DNA of 64,000 nt from Escherichia coli (GTDB lineage: Bacteria > Pseudomonadota > Gammaproteobacteria > Enterobacterales > Enterobacteriaceae), in assembly GCF_041248615.1 (NCBI RefSeq), contig NZ_CP158426.1. One strand, written 5' to 3'. Made by a program: the position numbers and the translations under genes. The number at the start of each line of letters is the position of its first letter. Within the stretch, counting starts at the first letter, position 1. Below, one piece after another: positions 24,895 to 37,527 of this stretch. The notes beneath the pieces were generated by a model. It worked only from the letters and a program-made list of their open reading frames with translations, was not told the DNA's origin and did not search any database.

Positions 24895-26085
24895 CTATTG
24901 CGTCTGTTCTTCGAGTGTCACTGGCCAGCGGCGGAAAATGATGATTGACCATATTAACGCGGCAAAAGCAGGCACCGCGCCCACATAACCAATCATCGAC
25001 ATTGACCAGTGCAGACTGACCTGATTACCTACCAACGCACCCGCGCCGATTCCAATATTAAATATCCCGGAGAATAGCGCCATCGCGACGTCGGTAGCAT
25101 CTGGTGCCAGCGCCAGCACTTTAACCTGCATACCAAGCCCGATGATCATCATCGCTATCCCCCAGAAAATACTCAGCACCCCGAGGTGTATTTCACTGTT
25201 CGCCGCAGGTAGCAGCAGTGCCAGGCACACCAGCAACAGCGCAATCGCCGTACTTACCAACGCAGACGCATACTGATTACCCAGTTTACCGAAAATCACG
25301 CTGCCAATAATGCCCGCACCACCGAGTAATAACAGTAATGCCGTGGCAAAGTTGGCGCTGAATCCCGCAATGTTTTGCACAAAAGGCTCGATATAGCTGT
25401 ATGCCGTGTAATGGGCGGTGACAACCACCACAGTTAACAAATAAATGCTCATCAATGCCGGGCGGCGGAATAATAGCGGGAGGCTTTTCAGCGAACCGGA
25501 ATGCTCACTGGGCAGTAAGGGAAGTAACTTAATCAGGCACAAAAGGGTGATAAGCGCCCCGATACCAATCGCGAAGAAGGTCATTCGCCAACCGAAATAC
25601 TGCCCCACAATGCGCCCGAGAGGTAAACCTAAGACCATCGCCAGTGCAGTACCGGTGGCAATTAAACTCAATGCCTGTGCTCGCTTCCCGGCCGGAGCCA
25701 TACGGATCGCCAAAGACGCCGTAATCGACCAGAAAATCGCATGTGCAAAAGCCACACCAATGCGACTGATCACCAGAACGGTAAAACTCCACGATAAAAA
25801 CGACAGTACGTGGCTGGCAATAAACACCACAAACAGGCAGATCAGTAATTTGCGCCGTTCAACCTGGCTGGTCATTAACATAAAAGGCAATGACATTAGC
25901 GCTACTACCCATGCGTAAATGGTCAACATAATGCCGACCTGAGCGGTTTGCATGTGAAAACTTTGCGCAATGTCAGAGAGCAGGCCAACTGGGACAAATT
26001 CGGTGGTGTTGAAGATGAAGGCGGCGACTGCCAGCGTAACGACCCGTAGCCACGCCACTTTGCGGGAAACAGTGTTTGTTGTCAT
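24895..26085 (-). CDS. sotB: MFS sugar efflux transporter SotB
   Basis: 396-aa 12-TM ORF recognised as SotB (YdeA). Confidence 0.85.
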
Positions 26086-26234
26086 AACAGATTATCGGGT
26101 GAGTTGCGAAAAAGTGATGAAATGATCTTAAAACGGTTAATGATGTGAATACAATGCATTTGTGATCTGGATCGCGTTTTCCGTTTCTCTGACGCTGATT
26201 CTTTCACGCGTCAGAGAGTCGGTCACATCACGGT

Positions 26235-27350
26235 TTAATAACGTTCAGGGAGGTCTGGCGTTTTGGAGGTTGCGGGTATAGGTGGTCTGACAGGGGAGCG
26301 AGGCCTGTTTTTCACCAGGTCTTCATGAGTAACTTTTGGCGGCGTTTCATTTTTTACAAAAAGTTTGAGGGTCTTGCACGCCATATGTTTGATAATTTTA
26401 TCATCACTTAATGATGCTGGCATCAACACGTCAATCAAATCACTTTCATTGGGATTCATAAATTGGTGATAGTGCAATAACATATTGGCGAAAAATAAAA
26501 ATAAGTCCTGAAAATGTGGAAAATCTTGTTCTGCTAAAATGGATAAAAAGCAGATGCAGACTTCGGGTAGTACATGTTTGTTAGAACCTAGTGAATCCAT
26601 CAGACTTTGCAATAAATCCTCTTTTAATTCGCTGTCCGTTATGTCGAGAATAGCGGTGAGCAAGTTAGGTTCTTTATTCCCGAACCATCTGTGAACCTCA
26701 GAGTTATTCCATAATCGGGGGAGTATGACAAAATTACCGCGAGAGATAAAATTCAGGACAAGCAAATCAAACTGGCGTAAGTAATCTGCAGCGGTATGGT
26801 GATCCGGATGCAGGGGTTCAATATGTGGCGTATGCGCTCTTTTGATAGGAACGCCAGGGTTGATCATTGGAAATTGTTCAATAAAATCATTCAGAAACAG
26901 AAAGAGTACACGCTCGACGCCGGTCTGAAATACGCGCCCCATAGTGACAGGCTTTGGGTTGGGAGCGCAAAAAATATTAATTTCCCCATCATGGCGGAAA
27001 TTATCTAAATAAATAGGGCTTAAATTTATTACTACCTGAAATTCAATATTTTCTTTGTGTCTTCCATTCCTGGCAGGATAAGTGAGTTTAAATTGAACTT
27101 TTTCATTGTATAGCGTGTCGTTACCCCGGAAAGAGGTTCTCTGAATATATGATAAGTTATCAAGGTTATTAAATATCTTTTTTGTGGCTGAGCTGATGTT
27201 TAAAGACGTACGCCACTCTTCATCACATATTATTGTACTTAGCGCATCAATAAAATCCTTTAAAACTTCTTTTACCTGAGGTGCAATATTACGAACGGGA
27301 AAATCATCAGGAAGAGATATGTAATTGCTGATGCTTACTGGCGTAACCAT
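26235..27350 (-). CDS. yneK: uncharacterized protein YneK
   Basis: 371-aa ORF; identified by position and length; no recognisable domain. Confidence 0.7.
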   Translation of the reverse strand: MVTPVSISNYISLPDDFPVRNIAPQVKEVLKDFIDALSTIICDEEWRTSLNISSATKKIFNNLDNLSYIQRTSFRGNDTLYNEKVQFKLTYPARNGRHKENIEFQVVINLSPIYLDNFRHDGEINIFCAPNPKPVTMGRVFQTGVERVLFLFLNDFIEQFPMINPGVPIKRAHTPHIEPLHPDHHTAADYLRQFDLLVLNFISRGNFVILPRLWNNSEVHRWFGNKEPNLLTAILDITDSELKEDLLQSLMDSLGSNKHVLPEVCICFLSILAEQDFPHFQDLFLFFANMLLHYHQFMNPNESDLIDVLMPASLSDDKIIKHMACKTLKLFVKNETPPKVTHEDLVKNRPRSPVRPPIPATSKTPDLPERY

Positions 27351-27433
27351 ATTTGCCCCATATAGTCATAAGTCATCGGAGCATCACTATATAGAGCATA
27401 TTAGCCGCAAGAACTATCAAAAATAGCTCATTG

Positions 27434-28309
27434 CTAACTCTGTTTTGCCGAGTCAGACACATCCAGTAGTTGAATAAATGCCTCAAGCGGACGCGTTTTT
27501 GCACCGCGACGCCAGACCAGCCATGTTGTTAACCAACGCCATTGCTCAGCTAACGGCCACGCCTCAACCTGGTGATGCCCCGGCATACTTTCCAGCATAG
27601 AGCGCGGAATAAGCGCAATACCTGCTCCTGCGACCACACAGGCCAACATTCCGTGATAAGACTCCATCTCATGGATAGTTCCCGGAGCGGCACCGTCAGC
27701 ATGAAACCAGCTCTCGAAGTGGCGACGATACGAACAATTGGCGCGGAAGGCATAAATGTTACTGCCATTAACCTGACTGGCGCGGGTTACTGGCGCATGT
27801 CCTTGTGGCGTGACGATCATCAGCTCCTCGCGGTACACCGGTATCCCGTCAATGGCAGTATGGTTAATGGGCCCATCAATAAACGCTGCATTCAGTTTTC
27901 CCTCCAGCACACCTTCCAGCATAGTGCCGGAAGGGCCGGTGGAAAGTGAAAACTGAATTTTGGGATAACGACGGTTAAATTCCGCCAGCGTGGCCGGAAT
28001 GCGCACTGCAGCGGTGCTTTCCAGCGAACCAAGAGAAAATAAACCTTGCGGCTCATCGCCAGCGACAACGCTCCGCGCTTCATCCACTAACGCGAGAATT
28101 TGTTGGCTATAGCGTAAAAAGTTATGCCCGGCAGGCGAGAGACGTAAACGCTGATTCTCGCGAATAAACAGATCAACCCCCAGTTCTGTTTCCAGCTGGC
28201 GTAGACGGGTAGTGAGATTCGACGGCACGCGATGCACTTTTGCTGCAGCCTGGGTAATGCTGCCAGCTTCGGCAACCGCGTTGAACATCTCCAGTTGGGT
28301 CAGATCCAT
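27434..28309 (-). CDS. yneJ: LysR-family transcriptional regulator YneJ
   Basis: 291-aa ORF with N-terminal LysR HTH; divergent from sad. Confidence 0.8.
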   Translation of the reverse strand: MDLTQLEMFNAVAEAGSITQAAAKVHRVPSNLTTRLRQLETELGVDLFIRENQRLRLSPAGHNFLRYSQQILALVDEARSVVAGDEPQGLFSLGSLESTAAVRIPATLAEFNRRYPKIQFSLSTGPSGTMLEGVLEGKLNAAFIDGPINHTAIDGIPVYREELMIVTPQGHAPVTRASQVNGSNIYAFRANCSYRRHFESWFHADGAAPGTIHEMESYHGMLACVVAGAGIALIPRSMLESMPGHHQVEAWPLAEQWRWLTTWLVWRRGAKTRPLEAFIQLLDVSDSAKQS

Positions 28310-28409
28310 GGCATTCTCAATTCGTGAATAAGTGGCTTAATATTATTCATTTTCAAGCAAGAGTAAATCTGCGTATATTTTTACCATAACCCATAAAGGA
28401 GATACCCCG

Positions 28410-29798
28410 ATGACCATTACTCCGGCAACCCATGCAATTTCGATAAATCCTGCCACTGGTGAACAACTTTCTGTGCTGCCGTGGGCTGGCGCTGACGATA
28501 TAGAAAACGCACTTCAACTGGCGGCAGCAGGCTTTCGCGACTGGCGCGAGACAAATATAGATTATCGTGCTGAAAAACTGCGTGATATCGGTAAGGCTCT
28601 GCGTGTCCGTAGCGAAGAAATGGCGCAAATGATCACCCGTGAAATGGGCAAACCAATCAACCAGGCGCGCGCTGAAGTGGCGAAATCGGCGAATTTGTGT
28701 GACTGGTATGCAGAACATGGTCCGGCAATGCTGAAGGCGGAACCTACGCTGGTGGAAAATCAGCAGGCAGTTATTGAGTATCGACCGTTGGGGACAATTC
28801 TGGCGATTATGCCGTGGAATTTTCCGTTATGGCAGGTGATGCGTGGCGCGGTTCCCATCATTCTTGCAGGTAACGGCTACTTACTTAAACATGCGCCGAA
28901 TGTGATGGGCTGTGCACAGCTCATTGCCCAGGTCTTTAAAGATGCGGGTATCCCACAAGGCGTATATTGCTGGCTGAATGCCGACAACGACGGCGTCAGT
29001 CAGATGATTAAAGACTCGCGCATTGCTGCTGTCACGGTGACCGGAAGTGTTCGTGCGGGAGCGGCTATTGGCGCACAGGCTGGAGCGGCACTGAAAAAAT
29101 GCGTACTGGAACTGGGCGGTTCGGATCCATTTATTGTGCTTAACGATGCCGATCTGGAACTGGCGGTTAAAGCGGCGGTAGCCGGACGTTATCAGAATAC
29201 CGGACAGGTTTGTGCAGCGGCAAAACGCTTTATCATCGAAGAGGGAATTGCTTCGGCATTTACCGAACGTTTTGTGGCAGCTGCGGCAGCCTTGAAAATG
29301 GGCGATCCCCGTGACGAAGAGAACACTCTCGGACCAATGGCTCGTTTTGATTTACGTGATGAGCTGCATCATCAGGTGGAGAAAACCCTGGCGCAGGGTG
29401 CGCGTTTGTTACTGGGCGGGGAAAAGATGGCTGGGGCAGGTAACTACTATCCGCCAACGGTTCTGGCGAATGTTACCCCAGAAATGACCGCGTTTCGGGA
29501 AGAAATGTTTGGCCCCGTTGCGGCAATCACGATTGCGAAAGATGCAGAACATGCACTGGAACTGGCTAATGATAGCGAGTTCGGCCTTTCAGCGACCATT
29601 TTTACCACTGACGAAACACAGGCCGGACAGATGGCGGCACGTCTGGAATGCGGTGGGGTGTTTATCAATGGTTATTGTGCCAGCGACGCGCGAGTGGCCT
29701 TTGGTGGCGTGAAAAAGAGTGGCTTTGGTCGTGAGCTTTCCCATTTCGGCTTACACGAATTCGGTAATATCCAGACGGTGTGGAAAGACCGGATCTGA
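28410..29798 (+). CDS. sad: NAD+-dependent succinate-semialdehyde dehydrogenase Sad (YneI)
   Basis: 462-aa ALDH-family ORF; catalytic region VLELGGSDP and the Cys-containing segment GQVCAAAKR. Confidence 0.9.
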   Translation: MTITPATHAISINPATGEQLSVLPWAGADDIENALQLAAAGFRDWRETNIDYRAEKLRDIGKALRVRSEEMAQMITREMGKPINQARAEVAKSANLCDWYAEHGPAMLKAEPTLVENQQAVIEYRPLGTILAIMPWNFPLWQVMRGAVPIILAGNGYLLKHAPNVMGCAQLIAQVFKDAGIPQGVYCWLNADNDGVSQMIKDSRIAAVTVTGSVRAGAAIGAQAGAALKKCVLELGGSDPFIVLNDADLELAVKAAVAGRYQNTGQVCAAAKRFIIEEGIASAFTERFVAAAAALKMGDPRDEENTLGPMARFDLRDELHHQVEKTLAQGARLLLGGEKMAGAGNYYPPTVLANVTPEMTAFREEMFGPVAAITIAKDAEHALELANDSEFGLSATIFTTDETQAGQMAARLECGGVFINGYCASDARVAFGGVKKSGFGRELSHFGLHEFGNIQTVWKDRI

Positions 29799-29861
29799 CG
29801 CTACATATTCAGCTCTGATATACTCGCAGGTCTTTTCAGACCTGCGGTCCAGGAGTAGAAA

Positions 29862-30788
29862 GTGGCAGTCGCCATGGATAATGCAATTTTAGAAAACATC
29901 TTGCGGCAAGTGCGGCCGCTCATTGGTCAGGGTAAAGTCGCGGATTATATTCCGGCGCTGGCTACGGTAGACGGTTCCCGATTGGGCATTGCTATCTGTA
30001 CCGTTGACGGACAGCTTTTTCAGGCCGGAGACGCGCAAGAACGTTTTTCCATTCAGTCTATTTCCAAAGTGCTGAGTCTCGTTGTCGCCATGCGTCATTA
30101 CTCCGAAGAGGAAATCTGGCAACGCGTCGGCAAAGATCCGTCTGGATCACCGTTCAATTCTTTAGTGCAACTGGAAATGGAGCAGGGTATTCCGCGTAAT
30201 CCGTTTATTAATGCCGGTGCGCTGGTGGTCTGCGATATGTTGCAAGGGCGATTAAGCGCACCACGGCAACGTATGCTGGAAGTCGTGCGCGGCTTAAGCG
30301 GTGTGTCTGATATTTCCTACGATACGGTGGTAGCGCGTTCCGAATTTGAACATTCCGCGCGAAATGCGGCTATCGCCTGGCTGATGAAGTCGTTTGGCAA
30401 TTTCCATCATGACGTGACAACCGTTCTGCAAAACTACTTTCATTACTGCGCTCTGAAAATGAGCTGTGTAGAGCTGGCCCGGACGTTTGTCTTTCTGGCT
30501 AATCAGGGGAAAGCTATTCATATTGATGAACCTGTGGTGACGCCAATGCAGGCGCGGCAAATTAACGCACTGATGGCGACCAGTGGTATGTACCAGAACG
30601 CGGGGGAGTTTGCCTGGCGGGTGGGACTACCGGCGAAATCTGGCGTTGGTGGCGGTATTGTGGCGATTGTTCCGCATGAAATGGCCATCGCAGTCTGGAG
30701 CCCGGAACTGGATGATGCCGGTAACTCGCTTGCGGGCATTGCTGTCCTTGAACAATTGACGAAACAACTAGGGCGTTCGGTTTATTAA
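29862..30788 (+). CDS. glsB: glutaminase 2 GlsB (YneH)
   Basis: 308-aa ORF; serine-dependent glutaminase motifs (SISKV, NAGA). Confidence 0.9.
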   Translation: MAVAMDNAILENILRQVRPLIGQGKVADYIPALATVDGSRLGIAICTVDGQLFQAGDAQERFSIQSISKVLSLVVAMRHYSEEEIWQRVGKDPSGSPFNSLVQLEMEQGIPRNPFINAGALVVCDMLQGRLSAPRQRMLEVVRGLSGVSDISYDTVVARSEFEHSARNAAIAWLMKSFGNFHHDVTTVLQNYFHYCALKMSCVELARTFVFLANQGKAIHIDEPVVTPMQARQINALMATSGMYQNAGEFAWRVGLPAKSGVGGGIVAIVPHEMAIAVWSPELDDAGNSLAGIAVLEQLTKQLGRSVY

Positions 30789-31147
30789 TGCAGTCTCTCG
30801 ATCCACTCTTCGCGCGTTTATCCCGTTCAAAATTTCGCTCTCGGTTTCGTTTGGGCATGAAAGAGCGTCAGTATTGTCTGGAGAAAGGCGCGCCAGTCAT
30901 CGAACAACATGCGGCGGATTTTGTCGCTAAACGTCTTGCTCCGGCATTACCGACTAATGACGGTAAGCAAACCCCCATGCGCGGGCATCCGGTGTTTATC
31001 GCTCAGCACGCCACTGCAACCTGTTGTCGCGGTTGTCTGGCTAAGTGGCATAACATTCCGCAGGGTGTTTCGTTAAGCGAGGAACAACAACGTTATATCG
31101 TGGCGGTAATCTATCACTGGTTGGTTATACAGATGAATCAGCCATGA
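30788..31147 (+). CDS. yneG: DUF4186-family protein YneG
   Basis: 119-aa ORF; start codon overlaps the glsB stop (TAATG), suggesting translational coupling. Confidence 0.75.
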   Translation: MQSLDPLFARLSRSKFRSRFRLGMKERQYCLEKGAPVIEQHAADFVAKRLAPALPTNDGKQTPMRGHPVFIAQHATATCCRGCLAKWHNIPQGVSLSEEQQRYIVAVIYHWLVIQMNQP

Positions 31148-31285
31148 TAATTGCGGAAAACGATAAAATAGCATTCCCAGGATATCTTTATTTGCCGCCG
31201 CTGTCAGCGAACATGCTATCCTTTATAAGAATTTACTTATTACGTTGAGATAATTGCCACCCGCAATTGTATGGACAGATAATTA

Positions 31286-32704
31286 ATGCATGTACAGCCC
31301 ATTTCAACTTTCCGTTTGTTCCAGGAAGGTCATCTGCTACGTAATAGCATCGCTATTTTTGCGCTAACCACGCTGTTCTATTTCATTGGTGCAGAGTTAC
31401 GGCTGGTTCACGAACTTTCTCTTTTCTGGCCGCTGAATGGCGTAATGGCGGGGGTGTTTGCCCGCTATGTCTGGCTTAATCGGCTGCATTACTATGCGAT
31501 CAGTTATGTGGCGATGCTGGTTTATGATGCCATAACCACCGAATGGGGGCTGGTTTCACTGGCTATCAATTTCTCCAATATGATGTTTATTGTTACCGTC
31601 GCCTTACTGGTCGCGCGGGATAAGCGTCTGGGGAAAAATAAGTACGAACCAGTAAGTGCCTTACGGCTATTTAATTACTGTCTGATTGCCGCATTATTAT
31701 GCGCTATTGTCGGGGCGATTGGTTCGGTCAGTATTGATAGTCTGGATTTCTGGCCTTTGCTTGCGGACTGGTTCAGTGAGCAATTCTCAACGGGCGTGTT
31801 GATCGTGCCTTGTATGCTGACGTTGGCTATTCCGGGAGTGCTGCCGCGCTTTAAAGCAGAACAGATGATGCCCGCCATCGCGCTTATTGTGTCGGTTATT
31901 GCCTCGGTAGTCATTGGCGGAGCGGGGAGTCTGGCGTTCCCACTGCCTGCATTAATCTGGTGTGCAGTGCGCTATACGCCGCAGGTAACATGTCTGTTGA
32001 CCTTTGTCACCGGTGCGGTGGAAATCGTACTGGTGGCAAATTCGGTGATTGATATCTCGGTCGGTTCGCCGTTCTCCATTCCGGAAATGTTCTCCGCACG
32101 TCTCGGTATTGCCACGATGGCGATATGCCCAATTATGGTTTCTTTTAGCGTGGCAGCGATCAATTCGCTAATGAAGCAAGTTGCGCTGCGAGCCGACTTT
32201 GATTTTCTGACTCAGGTTTACTCACGGTCCGGTCTTTATGAGGCGCTGAAAAGTCCATCGCTGAAACAGACACAACATCTGACTGTCATGCTGCTTGATA
32301 TCGACTATTTCAAAAGTATTAACGATAACTATGGACATGAATGTGGCGATAAAGTGTTAAGCGTGTTTGCAAGGCATATTCAGAAGATTGTCGGTGATAA
32401 GGGGCTGGTGGCACGAATGGGCGGCGAAGAATTTGCTGTTGCAGTGCCGTCGGTGAATCCTGTCGATGGTCTGCTAATGGCGGAAAAAATCCGTAAAGGC
32501 GTTGAACTGCAACCATTCACCTGGCAACAAAAAACGCTTTATCTCACGGTAAGTATTGGCGTCGGTAGTGGTCGCGCATCGTACCGAACGCTGACCGATG
32601 ACTTTAATAAATTGATGGTCGAAGCCGATACGTGTCTGTATCGCTCGAAGAAAGATGGGCGCAACCGTACCAGCACTATGCGTTACGGTGAGGAAGTTGT
32701 CTGA
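31286..32704 (+). CDS. dgcF: membrane-anchored diguanylate cyclase DgcF (YneF)
   Basis: 472-aa ORF; N-terminal multi-TM region plus C-terminal GGDEF domain with RMGGEEF motif. Confidence 0.8.
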   Translation: MHVQPISTFRLFQEGHLLRNSIAIFALTTLFYFIGAELRLVHELSLFWPLNGVMAGVFARYVWLNRLHYYAISYVAMLVYDAITTEWGLVSLAINFSNMMFIVTVALLVARDKRLGKNKYEPVSALRLFNYCLIAALLCAIVGAIGSVSIDSLDFWPLLADWFSEQFSTGVLIVPCMLTLAIPGVLPRFKAEQMMPAIALIVSVIASVVIGGAGSLAFPLPALIWCAVRYTPQVTCLLTFVTGAVEIVLVANSVIDISVGSPFSIPEMFSARLGIATMAICPIMVSFSVAAINSLMKQVALRADFDFLTQVYSRSGLYEALKSPSLKQTQHLTVMLLDIDYFKSINDNYGHECGDKVLSVFARHIQKIVGDKGLVARMGGEEFAVAVPSVNPVDGLLMAEKIRKGVELQPFTWQQKTLYLTVSIGVGSGRASYRTLTDDFNKLMVEADTCLYRSKKDGRNRTSTMRYGEEVV

Positions 32705-32877
32705 CATCTTTATTCATTCACAGCGATTTTAACGGAATGTGTTCTACCACTTTATTGAGCGAATAAAAGGCGTAGTTCCTCGATTAAACCATGATCCGCG
32801 CCACACTTTTCTCATAAAACTGCTCATTAATCATCAGGAGTTGATCAAAACAGGGGTTCGGTGTATTAAAGTTTGCT

Positions 32878-32904
32878 AACCTGTCGTACCAATTCAAACA
32901 GGTT
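32878..32904. promoter_or_regulatory. inverted repeat AACCTGT-N13-ACAGGTT containing GTACCAATT, upstream of uxaB; candidate ExuR/UxuR operator
   Basis: read directly about 30-55 bp upstream of the uxaB start; ExuR control of uxaB is established but this site is inferred. Confidence 0.3.
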
Positions 32905-32931
32905 GTATGACTAATCAGAAGGGAACCCATT

Positions 32932-34383
32932 GTGAAAACACTAAATCGTCGCGATTTTCCCGGTGCACAGTATCCAGAACGTATCATTCAGTTTGGTGAA
33001 GGTAACTTCCTGCGCGCCTTTGTTGACTGGCAAATCGATCTCCTGAATGAGCACACCGATCTGAATTCTGGCGTGGTCGTTGTTCGTCCGATTGAAACTT
33101 CATTCCCACCGTCACTGAGCACACAGGATGGTCTGTACACCACCATTATCCGTGGCCTGAATGAGAAGGGTGAAGCGGTCAGCGACGCGCGTCTGATTCG
33201 CTCGGTTAATCGTGAAATCAGCGTCTACAGTGAATTCGATGAATTCCTGAAACTGGCGCACAATCCGGAAATGCGCTTTGTTTTCTCTAACACCACCGAA
33301 GCGGGTATCAGCTACCATGCGGGCGATAAATTCGATGACGCGCCGGCTGTAAGTTATCCGGCAAAACTGACCCGTCTGCTGTTCGAACGTTTTAGCCATT
33401 TCAACGGTGCGCTGGATAAAGGTTGGATCATCATCCCGTGTGAGTTGATCGACTACAATGGCGACGCGTTGCGTGAACTTGTGCTGCGCTATGCGCAAGA
33501 GTGGGCACTACCAGAAGCATTTATTCAATGGCTGGATCAGGCTAACAGCTTCTGTTCTACGCTGGTGGACCGTATCGTTACCGGCTATCCGCGTGATGAA
33601 GTGGCTAAACTGGAAGAAGAACTGGGTTATCACGATGGTTTCCTCGACACCGCTGAACACTTTTACCTGTTTGTGATTCAGGGGCCGAAATCCTTAGCGA
33701 CTGAACTGCGTCTGGACAAATATCCGCTCAACGTGCTGATTGTTGACGATATTAAACCGTATAAAGAACGCAAAGTGGCAATACTCAACGGTGCGCACAC
33801 CGCGCTGGTGCCGGTGGCGTTCCAGGCAGGGCTGGATACCGTAGGTGAAGCGATGAACGATGCTGAAATTTGCGCATTCGTTGAAAAAGCCATCTACGAA
33901 GAGATTATTCCGGTACTGGATTTGCCTCGTGATGAACTGGAATCTTTCGCCAGTGCAGTCACCGGACGTTTCCGTAATCCGTACATCAAGCATCAGCTGC
34001 TGTCTATCGCGCTTAACGGTATGACCAAGTTCCGCACCCGTATCCTGCCGCAGCTGCTGGCAGGGCAGAAGGCAAACGGCACACTTCCGGCGCGCCTTAC
34101 TTTCGCATTAGCGGCATTGATTGCGTTTTATCGCGGTGAGCGTAATGGAGAAACATATCCGGTACAGGACGATGCCCACTGGCTGGAACGTTATCAGCAA
34201 CTCTGGAGCCAGCATCGTGACCGTGTTATCGGCACCCAGGAGTTGGTAGCGATTGTGTTGGCAGAAAAAGACCACTGGGAGCAGGACCTGACGCAAGTGC
34301 CTGGTCTGGTCGAGCAGGTGGCTAATGACCTGGATGTGATTCTCGAAAAAGGAATGCGCGAAGCTGTACGTCCGTTGTGCTAA
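32932..34383 (+). CDS. uxaB: altronate oxidoreductase (tagaturonate reductase) UxaB
   Basis: 483-aa ORF, GTG-initiated; mannitol dehydrogenase-family motifs; recognised as UxaB. Confidence 0.9.
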   Translation: MKTLNRRDFPGAQYPERIIQFGEGNFLRAFVDWQIDLLNEHTDLNSGVVVVRPIETSFPPSLSTQDGLYTTIIRGLNEKGEAVSDARLIRSVNREISVYSEFDEFLKLAHNPEMRFVFSNTTEAGISYHAGDKFDDAPAVSYPAKLTRLLFERFSHFNGALDKGWIIIPCELIDYNGDALRELVLRYAQEWALPEAFIQWLDQANSFCSTLVDRIVTGYPRDEVAKLEEELGYHDGFLDTAEHFYLFVIQGPKSLATELRLDKYPLNVLIVDDIKPYKERKVAILNGAHTALVPVAFQAGLDTVGEAMNDAEICAFVEKAIYEEIIPVLDLPRDELESFASAVTGRFRNPYIKHQLLSIALNGMTKFRTRILPQLLAGQKANGTLPARLTFALAALIAFYRGERNGETYPVQDDAHWLERYQQLWSQHRDRVIGTQELVAIVLAEKDHWEQDLTQVPGLVEQVANDLDVILEKGMREAVRPLC

Positions 34384-34390
34384 TACTCTG

Positions 34391-34418
34391 AACCCGGTTT
34401 CGACCGGGTTTCTTATTT
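34391..34418 (+). terminator. Rho-independent terminator after uxaB
   Basis: CCCGGT-TTCG-ACCGGG stem followed by TTTCTTATTT. Confidence 0.55.
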
Positions 34419-34579
34419 CACTATATTAGTTACAACATTCTATGTACCTTTATCATTAACGGGTGCCATATGCCACACCTGTAAATGTTGTAAGCTTGTA
34501 GGTAATTTGTACGTAGCGTCTTGAGAATGTGATCGTAATCACGTTTAATAGGGCGACTTTTCCACGCCTGAAGATAACC

Positions 34580-35494
34580 ATGATTGTTCGTCCACAACAA
34601 CACTGGCTGCGCCGTATTTTTGTCTGGCATGGCTCAGTATTATCCAAGATGTCCTCGCGCTTACTACTCAATTTTCTCTTTTCTATCGCTGTTATTTTCA
34701 TGCTGCCCTGGTACACGCATCTGGGCATCAAATTCACCCTCGCACCGTTCAGCATTCTCGGTGTCGCCATCGCCATTTTTCTTGGTTTTCGTAATAATGC
34801 CGGGTACGCCCGTTACGTTGAAGCGCGAAAACTTTGGGGGCAGTTGATGATTGCCTCACGGTCGTTACTGCGGGAGGTAAAAACGACATTGCCGGATTCG
34901 GCAAGTGTAAGGGAGTTTGCCCGGCTGCAAATTGCCTTCGCCCATTGTTTACGCATGACATTACGCAAACAACCACAGGCGGAAGTACTGGCTCAATATC
35001 TCAAGACGGAAGATCTTCAGCGAGTACTGGCTTCGAACTCTCCAGCTAACCGTATCTTGTTAATAATGGGGGAGTGGTTGGCGGTTCAGCGCCGCAATGG
35101 ACAGCTTTCAGATATCCTGTTTATTAGCCTCAACGATCGGCTTAACGATATTTCAGCGGTTCTGGCAGGCTGCGAGCGCATTGCCTATACGCCAATTCCC
35201 TTTGCCTACACCCTGATTTTGCATCGTACCGTTTATCTGTTTTGTATCATGCTGCCGTTCGCGCTGGTCGTGGACCTGCATTACATGACGCCTTTTATCT
35301 CTGTGCTGATTTCCTACACTTTTATTTCGCTGGATTGTCTGGCGGAAGAACTGGAAGATCCCTTCGGTACTGAAAACAATGATTTACCGCTGGATGCCAT
35401 CTGCAACGCTATTGAAATTGACCTGTTACAGATGAACGATGAAGCAGAAATTCCAGCAAAAATTCTTCCCGATCGTCATTACCAGCTGACGTAA
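34580..35494 (+). CDS. yneE: bestrophin-family anion channel YneE
   Basis: ORF track 34529..35494; ATG at 34580 gives the 304-aa MIVRPQQHWLRRIF start; TM-rich N-terminal half. Confidence 0.8.
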   Translation: MIVRPQQHWLRRIFVWHGSVLSKMSSRLLLNFLFSIAVIFMLPWYTHLGIKFTLAPFSILGVAIAIFLGFRNNAGYARYVEARKLWGQLMIASRSLLREVKTTLPDSASVREFARLQIAFAHCLRMTLRKQPQAEVLAQYLKTEDLQRVLASNSPANRILLIMGEWLAVQRRNGQLSDILFISLNDRLNDISAVLAGCERIAYTPIPFAYTLILHRTVYLFCIMLPFALVVDLHYMTPFISVLISYTFISLDCLAEELEDPFGTENNDLPLDAICNAIEIDLLQMNDEAEIPAKILPDRHYQLT

Positions 35495-35497
35495 GAT

Positions 35498-36256
35498 TTA
35501 CTCCGTACGCCGGGCAACAATAAACAGACGCGGAAATGCCAGCAGTATCTCTCCGTTCTCTTGCAGTGGATACTGCTCTTCCAGCATCTGATGGTAGCGC
35601 GTAAGAAAATGCTGCTGTTCGCTCTCGGTCAGATCCTGTAACCACGGACGTAATCCAGTGGCGGTCACCCAATCGATAATCGCCTGGTGCGACGGCATCT
35701 GGTGATAGTAGGTGGTTCGCCAGATATCGACCTCACATCCGGCTTCGCTCAAAATATCGTAGTAAGCATGAACGCCAGCCAGCGGCTCACGCCCGCGATC
35801 CGGGTAGTTTTGTTCCCAGGCAACTTCGCGCATGAGCACATGGGTCGGCTCCAGCCAGTTATCTGGCATCTGTACTGCCAGCACGCCCTGCGGATTAAGT
35901 AAAGAAACCAGATGAGGGAACAATTCGTAGTGGTCGGGCAGCCATTGCAGTGAGGCATTAGCAAAAATCAGATCGAGTGCCTGTTCCGGTTGCCAGTTGC
36001 GGATGTCTGCTTCCACGAACTGGCAGTCTGGCAAAGCACTGCGCGCTTCAGCAATCATCGCCGGAGACGAGTCGATGCCTGTTATCCTGGCCGCAGGCCA
36101 ACGTTGATGCAGCAGGGCGGTGCTGTTACCTGGGCCACAGCCAAGATCGGCAACGTATTCGATATTCTCCAGCGGCACTCTGGCAAGTAGCTCCACCGCC
36201 GGACGCGATCGTTCAGCGGCAAAGTGCAGATATAAAGAGGGGTTCCAGTCAGACAT
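35498..36256 (-). CDS. tam: trans-aconitate 2-methyltransferase Tam
   Basis: 252-aa ORF; SAM-binding motif DLGCGPG. Confidence 0.9.
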   Translation of the reverse strand: MSDWNPSLYLHFAAERSRPAVELLARVPLENIEYVADLGCGPGNSTALLHQRWPAARITGIDSSPAMIAEARSALPDCQFVEADIRNWQPEQALDLIFANASLQWLPDHYELFPHLVSLLNPQGVLAVQMPDNWLEPTHVLMREVAWEQNYPDRGREPLAGVHAYYDILSEAGCEVDIWRTTYYHQMPSHQAIIDWVTATGLRPWLQDLTESEQQHFLTRYHQMLEEQYPLQENGEILLAFPRLFIVARRTE

Positions 36257-36312
36257 TTTTTTACTCCCGTCAGCGCGTTACCCCAATTGTAGATAAAATT
36301 GATAAATTCGCC

Positions 36313-36603
36313 TCACGGCATCAACCCATTGAACAGACGTTTTTTACGCGGCCCGGTCATTAAAGCTTCCAGTTTCGCGACACAGGTTTTGTAGTGGGGC
36401 GTGGTTTTATGGAACGCCACTGCGTCTTCATCTTTATAGGCTTCGTAGATAAAAAAGCGCGAATTCACTTCCGGGTCCTGTAAGACATCGAAGCGCAAAT
36501 TGCCTTCTTCCTGTACCGAGCCCAGGTGGTTCTGGCGAAAAACTTCGATAAACTCGTCAACCTTGTCTTCATGAACGTTAATTTCAACCAGTGTGACGTG
36601 CAT
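36313..36603 (-). CDS. lsrG: (4S)-4-hydroxy-5-phosphonooxypentane-2,3-dione isomerase LsrG
   Basis: ORF track 36313..36639; ATG at 36603 gives the 96-aa [10 protein letters not shown] start; ABM-type fold. Confidence 0.9.
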   Translation of the reverse strand: MHVTLVEINVHEDKVDEFIEVFRQNHLGSVQEEGNLRFDVLQDPEVNSRFFIYEAYKDEDAVAFHKTTPHYKTCVAKLEALMTGPRKKRLFNGLMP

Positions 36604-36625
36604 GTTTCTTCTCCTTAATCCGCAG

Positions 36626-37501
36626 TTACTGTTTTTCACTCAGATAGAGTTCATATGCCCGATCAGCCGTTTCGTTATGGTGTACTACCGCCTGTACGGC
36701 TTTCATCATCGCCACCGGATGGTCAGACTGGAAAATATTACGCCCCATATCCACACCAGAAGCGCCCTGATCGATAGCCTGCCAGCACATTTCCAGCGCC
36801 TCGCGCTCCGGTAATTTTTTACCGCCAGCAATAACAATGGGTACCGGACATCCGGCAACAATCCGTTCAAAACCTTTATCGACATAATAGGTTTTGATAA
36901 TTTGCGCCCCCATTTCAGCGGCGATTCGAGTCGCGAGCGAGAAATAACGCTGATCGCGCACCATATCTTTGCCCACGCCAGTCACGGCCATGGTCGGCAT
37001 TCCCACTTTCATTCCGGCATCAACCAGCTGAATAATATTTTTGATCGACTGATGTTCATATTCGCTGCCGATATAAACCTGCGCCGCCACCGCGCAACTG
37101 TTCAGGCGCACGGCGTCCTCCATCGATAACGCCACGGCTTCATTACTTAATTCCGCCAGAATAGAGTTCGCACCAGACGCCCGCAGTACCACCGGCCTAT
37201 TGGTCGCCGGGGGGACTACGCTGCGCAAAATACCGCGCGTACACATTAATACATCGGCATGTTCAAACAGCGGGGTGATATTTATATCAATGCGTTCAAG
37301 TCCGGTAGTCGGCCCCTGAAAATATCCATGGTCAAAGGCCAGCATCACGGTTTTACCCGTTTTCGGATTAAATATCCGCGATAAGCGTGACTGCATTCCC
37401 CAATCCAGTGCACCGCAACCTTTCAGGGTAAAAGGGATATTTTGTTGCGGTTGATCGGTACGAAAATCTTTACCATCTTTAATATCATCTAAATCTGCCA
37501 T
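36626..37501 (-). CDS. lsrF: 3-hydroxy-5-phosphonooxypentane-2,4-dione thiolase LsrF (class I aldolase fold)
   Basis: 291-aa ORF recognised as LsrF. Confidence 0.9.
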   Translation of the reverse strand: MADLDDIKDGKDFRTDQPQQNIPFTLKGCGALDWGMQSRLSRIFNPKTGKTVMLAFDHGYFQGPTTGLERIDINITPLFEHADVLMCTRGILRSVVPPATNRPVVLRASGANSILAELSNEAVALSMEDAVRLNSCAVAAQVYIGSEYEHQSIKNIIQLVDAGMKVGMPTMAVTGVGKDMVRDQRYFSLATRIAAEMGAQIIKTYYVDKGFERIVAGCPVPIVIAGGKKLPEREALEMCWQAIDQGASGVDMGRNIFQSDHPVAMMKAVQAVVHHNETADRAYELYLSEKQ

Positions 37502-37527
37502 AACTTACTCCGGTTAAGTAATGCACA

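Noticed and set aside
34529-34579. Upstream extension of yneE to a 321-aa ORF
   Set aside because: The internal ATG at 34580 gives the 304-aa protein beginning MIVRPQQ, which matches the YneE N-terminus I recall.
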